Source of the DNA: Cyanidioschyzon merolae
Taxonomy: Eukaryota
Assembly: GCA_000091205.1 (NCBI GenBank)
Contig: AP006485.2
Strand: one strand, 5' to 3'
Length of the DNA stretch: 64,000 nucleotides
Of the stretch, positions 58,742 through 64,000 are shown piece after piece. The translations under genes and the position numbers were made by a program. Each line of letters starts with the position of its first letter. The stretch's first letter is position 1. Below the pieces are notes generated by a model. It was not told the origin of the DNA, searched no databases, and saw only the letters and a program-made list of their open reading frames with translations.

Positions 58742-58951
58742 CTCGTCGTACAGTCGTCTTTCTTGCCGCCTTCGACCTAGGGCCTCCCCCGTCGGTCCTT
58801 CTTCTCTCCTGTTTCTTCTGGACTAGGCACTGTTTTTTGTTTTTATTTCTGGCAGCAGGCGACCCTGGACCTACGGAATCGTCGACTTGCTTTTTCATAG
58901 CTTTTCTTTTCATTTTTTTTGTGTGAAAAAGAACGCTCCTTGAACCCTTCT

Positions 58952-58958
58952 ATTATAT
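58952..58958 (-). promoter_or_regulatory. TATA-like box upstream of the copy B nuclease ATG
   Basis: Conserved with copy A at the same spacing (~211 nt). Confidence 0.2.
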
Positions 58959-60209
58959 ACTGCGAGAAATCAATTGAATATGTTTACTTGAGGGTTGAGA
59001 CACAATCGAACTGGAAACTATGATTTGTTACGACTTCCACGCAAATACAGCTTGCCCGTTAGAACATCAAGAAAACGTGTCGTCACGGTCGCGTTTCTCT
59101 TCAAAGGCGACAGATGCGTCGTGTCTCGTAAGTGCCATACTTGGAGATGCACGTATCAAGCGCGCCATACAGGAAAAAGGACAGTGACCTACGATTTACA
59201 AGAAACGATATAAAATTTTTTCCCGCTCTACGATAAGCGTTTAAGGGGAAACAGATCGCCGTATTATCGGAAGCTTATGTTCGAGGCGGTAGGTCCCGCG
59301 AGCCGGTCGAGTCTACCGGGCTAGAGCTCGGTATCCCTCTTAAGTGGCTGCTGCCGCTGCTGCTGCTGCTGCTGCAAGACCTGCGCAGCTCGTTCACAAC
59401 GCATTTTATCCTGAGACTATGCACAGGATGCTGCGTTGGGCCTCGCCCTGGTCGCAGTGGAACCCTAGTATAGCGCTTCGCGCTGCCGTAGGTAGTGGGT
59501 CTGTCTGCCCATTTTGCATGTTTCCAGAATGACAAATAGCCCTGATTCCGTTTCAGGTGAATCATCCTCCCAGAGGACGCCCTTATTGGTATGGCAAAGC
59601 CGTTCTGTCTCTGTACAGCACCTGCTTGAGCGGTATAAGCGCAACAGCGGGTGCTCACAACAGGCTCGGCGCTCGATAGAACATACGAAACGACCAGTGT
59701 ATCAGAGAGGAAGTATGGGTAATGGGACTTGAGGACAGGTGCACTATGACAGTGATATCCCCGGAAGCCATTATCCGTTCCGAATTCTGGGATCCATGGG
59801 CAATGTAAACGTTTTTTCATCAAAAAGAAAAAACGCCCCGAGGCGGACTCGTCATCGAGACGCACATCCCTCTGGATCGAATCTCCGGAAGGCGCTTCTG
59901 GGCGATCGCAAAAGCCCTCAAGTGCATCTTTGTATTCTCAACGGATAGCATGCTTTATTCGGAGCGCTCAGTCTCGAGCGTTCCCTCTAACTTTAAGCAA
60001 TAGCTTCGTAGATCAGACAGCTGTGTTGTCAAAGAGCACTGTACCTAGTTTTGGCGAGGTCTATAGTGCTGGAGAACAAAACGATCACGGGTTTGTAGCG
60101 ATCTCGGCACCAGTGCTAGAAACAACCCTGCACTGGAGCTCGTGCGATCTAAAACCTGTAGTCGGACTTTTTAGAAGATCTGTCTGGCAAGGAAACAAAT
60201 CGTGGAACT

Positions 60210-61286
60210 GTGCTCTTTGGAATGACGTCGGGGATCGACGAGGCAGCGGCTGAGCTTCAGGGAAGTCTCTTTGGGGAGGTCTCGCCTGCGATCGACTCGC
60301 CGGGTGCGGCGCTTGCACGTTCGTACCCCGTCCGCATCACCGTTGTCGGAGCTGGTGACGTTGGCGTTGCTTGCGCCTATAATATTTTGACCCGAGATAT
60401 TTGTAGTGAGCTGGTACTGGTGGACGTTCTCAAGGACAAACTCAAAGGTCAAGTTATGGACTTGCAGCATGGAGGTGCGTTCTACAGCACCCGCATCCGG
60501 GCTGCCGAGTCCTACGAGGATACAGCACATTCGGCAGTATGTATTATAACGGCAGGTGTGCGTCAGCGGCCCGGAGAAAGTCGTCTTGAGCTCATGGATC
60601 GCAATGCCGCATTGTTCAAAGGCATTATTCCGCCCCTGGTGCAGTATTCGCCGAACACAATCCTGTTGATTGTGAGTAACCCCGTTGATCTATTGACACA
60701 TCTAGCGTGGCAGATGAGTGGCTTGCCTCGCGAACGTGTGATTGGCTCAGGGACATATTTGGACTCTTCGCGTTTCCGCACACTTCTGGCGCAGCGGCTG
60801 GGCATCGATACCGCTTCCGTCCAGGCCATGGTACTGGGCGAGCACGGAGACTCCTCGTTCGTGTACCGGAGTGGTATTACGGTTGGTGGCGTGCCGTTGC
60901 GAACATGCTTCGAGCGCATGACCGACGCTGCGAGCGCGTCCACAGCATTCTATGATCTGGTGAAAGGTGTCCATCAGCAAGTTGTAGCCGCGGCTTACGA
61001 GGTCATTAAGCTGAAAGGCTACACCAACTGGGCCATTGGCAGCGCTGTTGGAAGTATCGTTACAACGATTGTGCATGATCGGCGCAAAGTGCTGCCAATA
61101 ACGACGCATGCGGGCTCGATGCGAGGCCTCGAGTCGGCGGATGTATTCTTGTCGTTGCCTTGTGTGCTAGGTCGGAATGGTGTCGTTGAAGTACTACAAA
61201 TACTGCCGTTCATGGAAAGTGACGAGAAAGAAGACCTCCAATCCAGTATAGAGGCACTCCAGAGCACGCCGAAGAAAGCATCTTGA
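60210..61286 (+). CDS. L-lactate/malate dehydrogenase family protein (LDH-like, Rossmann NAD-binding)
   Basis: 'ITVVGAGDVGVACAYNIL' (GxGxxG), the 'ITAGVRQRPGESRLELMDRN' substrate loop, 'LLIVSNPVDLLT' and the catalytic His region 'VLGEHGDSSF'. About 358 aa with an N-terminal extension. Confidence 0.8.
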   Translation: MLFGMTSGIDEAAAELQGSLFGEVSPAIDSPGAALARSYPVRITVVGAGDVGVACAYNILTRDICSELVLVDVLKDKLKGQVMDLQHGGAFYSTRIRAAESYEDTAHSAVCIITAGVRQRPGESRLELMDRNAALFKGIIPPLVQYSPNTILLIVSNPVDLLTHLAWQMSGLPRERVIGSGTYLDSSRFRTLLAQRLGIDTASVQAMVLGEHGDSSFVYRSGITVGGVPLRTCFERMTDAASASTAFYDLVKGVHQQVVAAAYEVIKLKGYTNWAIGSAVGSIVTTIVHDRRKVLPITTHAGSMRGLESADVFLSLPCVLGRNGVVEVLQILPFMESDEKEDLQSSIEALQSTPKKAS

Positions 61287-62399
61287 GCATGTTGCCTGCG
61301 CATGGTAACGCGTTGGATGCGGATCGTTTACAGGGACGTTAATCAAATGCCTCGTCGAAGTGCGGGCTCTGCACAAGCGTGCTCGGTCTGTACTCAAAAT
61401 AAGCGGATGGACAAGGAGGACTGAACTATGCTGGATACCTATGCCAAACTGGTAGGTCTTGGCACCGTAGAAAAGGTGTGGAGGGGAGCGTCCGTAGCCA
61501 TCTCGGCGAGCTTGTTTCAAATGGACAGCATTGCTGAAGGACCAGGTGGCACCAGAATTGCAGCTGCAGAGTAGCGTTCGCCTACTATCATCATTGAAAC
61601 CTGCTAGTCGTGTCATGGATACCGGACGTGCTGGAGTTCGCATCCGCAACAGCGAACAAGGATCAAATCAACTGACTCAAAATTCTCCAAAGCGATGCGT
61701 GGATGAAAGCTGGCGAAAGTTGCGGGTCTGGTACGGCATAACGTACGCTTACCCGGATGCCGATATGTATCGCGCCTGACCCGAGATACCCTGGTTCAGG
61801 TCAACCATTCTAAACCGCAGGATAAAAGTATGCCATGATTTAACGTTCACTGATGTTGGCTGGACGGCATCGCAACGCTCCACGAACCTGGGCGCGGCGC
61901 CGAAGGCTTAGTTTCCGAGTATGACCGTGACAGACTTTGCTCTATGCGTACGGATCTGGAAAACACGAGTCGAAAGTGTGCATCAGCACGCATGGGCGAC
62001 GAATAAAACCCTTAAAGCGACGTGCGAACAGTGACCTAACGATGCAAGTGGAACGAACCGAATACCCTGAGGTAGGTATGATGGCACAGCTTCTGCCTTG
62101 AGAGCAGCTGCACAAGCGCTTCAGTGCGGTAAAGCCGAAATCGTGCCGAAACGTCCGAGTCGCGTCAGCGCTTCTAGTGAACAGGAATGTGCCTCCAGCT
62201 TCTCTGACGTTCCTCTCGCGTCCCAGCAATTCTGGTACAAAGTTTCGCTCTATGCAGCACAGGCGCTGATGCAGCGCTCCTTCGGAAGCCCTGCCTTCCG
62301 CAAACTTGCACCGAGACGTTCCGTACGCAGCTATCGTGGTTATGCTTCAAAACCGGAACGGTATTGCAGTGTCTTGGAAGCGTCGGCTAGAGCTTCTGA

Positions 62400-64000
62400 G
62401 ACCGAAACGTCTCGTAAGACCACCGCACCCGACGACAACAAACATCTTTCGAAACAAAAACGTTGCTGCCGGCAGTAGACAGTACTGGCGAGAAACTCGC
62501 CCTAGACAAGAAGTCGCCAACTGACGTGCAGACGCCTCCCCGTCTTTTCCGCCCGGCCACCTACTGTGGGTACCATTTGTTCTTATATAGTTCCAGTTTA
62601 AGAGGTTGTCCAACAATGGACTCTCGTGTCACCGCTGGGAGCTTTTTGTCTATTCCCGCACATCTCCGTAGATTGATTGCAGCGTTAAAGACTCGGTTCG
62701 CGAACTCCATACGTTTCTTGCGGTTGACAGTCGTACTTACTAATGCAAGTAGTCCACGAGCTTCTCCCCTCCTTTCCATTTCCTCTCCCGTCAGCTGTCC
62801 CTTACTTTTTTATATCATCAGGACTCCACTGGCACTTTTCCATCTCCATCTTCTGAAGAGTACATCCCAACTCGTGGTGTGTATACGATGTTCGGAACTC
62901 ACCCACAGGTACCGTAGCGAGACCCAGTGCGCACTCCTTGCCCATTCCTGCCGTTGGAGCTGGTGGAGTCCCTTTTTTTCGGAGCCCAGCTCCCTACACC
63001 ATATGTAACAACGAGCCTCTGACTTGATCCTATTTCAAGGCGTTCAATCGATTGAAAAAGCTCGCGAATGCGTGATGCTTACCACGGCACAGATTCATAC
63101 GCAAACGTGCCCAGCGGTGCTTTGTATACTCGCCCTACAGCGCCACGGAATGAGCAACCCCAACTTCCAAAAATTTCAGAAAAGCTTGAATGTCCGCTCA
63201 TCGGCTCGTCACCACGCTCAAAGCCTCCAGGTGATCCTTCATTCCTACATTCCACGTAACGATCTTCTTCCTTGCATTCATTATACCGGATTCTCGATAG
63301 TATCTCTCTCTCTCGAAAACCTCAGCAGAAGCATATGTTTGTGGCGTAAGGTGCCGTCAGTGCAATCTTCCCTTCGCTTGTGAACAGCGATGGTTATGAG
63401 ATTCGTGCTCCAGGGACTAAGGCCGACGCCAAAGTGGTTTTCATGGGGCTTATACGTTCCATAGCCCGTCAACCTGTGTTCGTTCTTCGGCAAGGGCCGT
63501 AAAGAAAACGGGATAGGACGAGCTGCCTTCAACCGCTGATGGTGTACACATATGTGCGCCACATCGAGATCGATTGTTCCAGTGAATAACCTTTTTTTGG
63601 CCGGTTCGGGACACTTGAAATCGAAGATATTCTTCTCGTAGGCGTCCCGATCTTCACCGGAGACCTATTTGTTGATTACATCGAGCTATGGATAGATCTC
63701 TATCCTGAAGATGCAAAAGGACTATGGGGTCAATATACACAAAATGTGACTTGAACGCGCATAACCGACCGACATTGAAGCGCATCTGGAGAAGACTTCA
63801 ATGTCGTTTCTCGCACTCGTCTTTTTTTCCACACTCAGCTCCATGCCGACCCTGCGATCGAGGTCTCGGACCGAAAACATGAAGCAGGGCAGGATAAGAG
63901 AGTAACAACTCTCTCCGTCGTTTCTCATATCCGAGAGTTTTCTCTTGGGTTGACATGACCCAAGACCGAACGATGTTTTAGAATAGTCGCGCGAATTACA
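62400..64000 (-). mobile_element. Degenerate copy D of the Fanzor/TnpB-like element (continues past the window end)
   Basis: About 75% identical to copy A from the 3' end through the RuvC-I region and beyond (63600-63960 aligns to A 50990-51260). The RuvC-I Asp is lost ('GLSPWSTNLITIAV') and the RuvC-III Asp is replaced ('MEFANRVFNAAINL'). The invariant 26-mer is nevertheless 100% retained. Confidence 0.5.

Larger units (their letters stand above)
56400..59250 (-). mobile_element. Fanzor/TnpB-like element, copy B (~2.85 kb)
   Basis: Same organisation and orientation as copy A. Has a continuous 252-aa N-terminal ORF. Private lesions: a 1-nt deletion in an A7 run at ~57990 and a 1-nt insertion at ~57150 ('cataag' vs 'cacag'). 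Confidence 0.6.

Overview
This window looks like a GC-rich, intron-poor eukaryotic nuclear genome, probably a protist (possibly a stramenopile or oomycete). Evidence: very long uninterrupted ORFs of 3483 and 1998 aa, a KDEL-terminated PDI, a mitochondrial carrier, frequent poly-Q/CAG and Thr/Pro low-complexity tracts, and TAA used as a stop codon. Positions 1-47 kb are ordinary gene space. Supported genes are a DEAH-box helicase, a DnaJ-type CR zinc-finger protein, a GGACT/AIG2-like protein, an RCC1-repeat protein, an SLC25 carrier, a DxD glycosyltransferase-like protein, a PDI, a TPR protein and a giant VPS13/chorein-family protein. Several mini- and microsatellites are interspersed. Positions 47-64 kb form an accessory region. 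It contains four same-orientation (minus-strand) copies of one repeat family: two near-full-length, one fragment, and one degenerate copy truncated by the window end. The repeat encodes a TnpB/Fanzor-like RuvC nuclease, with RuvC-I (GADPGNTNI), RuvC-II plus Zn-finger start (YEFRTS..C) and RuvC-III ([10 protein letters not shown]) motifs. Each copy has a nucleotide-invariant block at the 3' end of the ORF followed by a copy-specific segment, the arrangement expected for an omega-RNA scaffold plus guide. Host genes lie between the copies: an alpha/beta hydrolase, a secreted mucin-like protein with trefoil (P-type)-like domains, and an LDH/MDH-family dehydrogenase. Both long nuclease copies carry shared and private stops or frameshifts and a mosaic identity pattern. 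No rRNA or CRISPR array was seen, and no tRNA could be called by eye.
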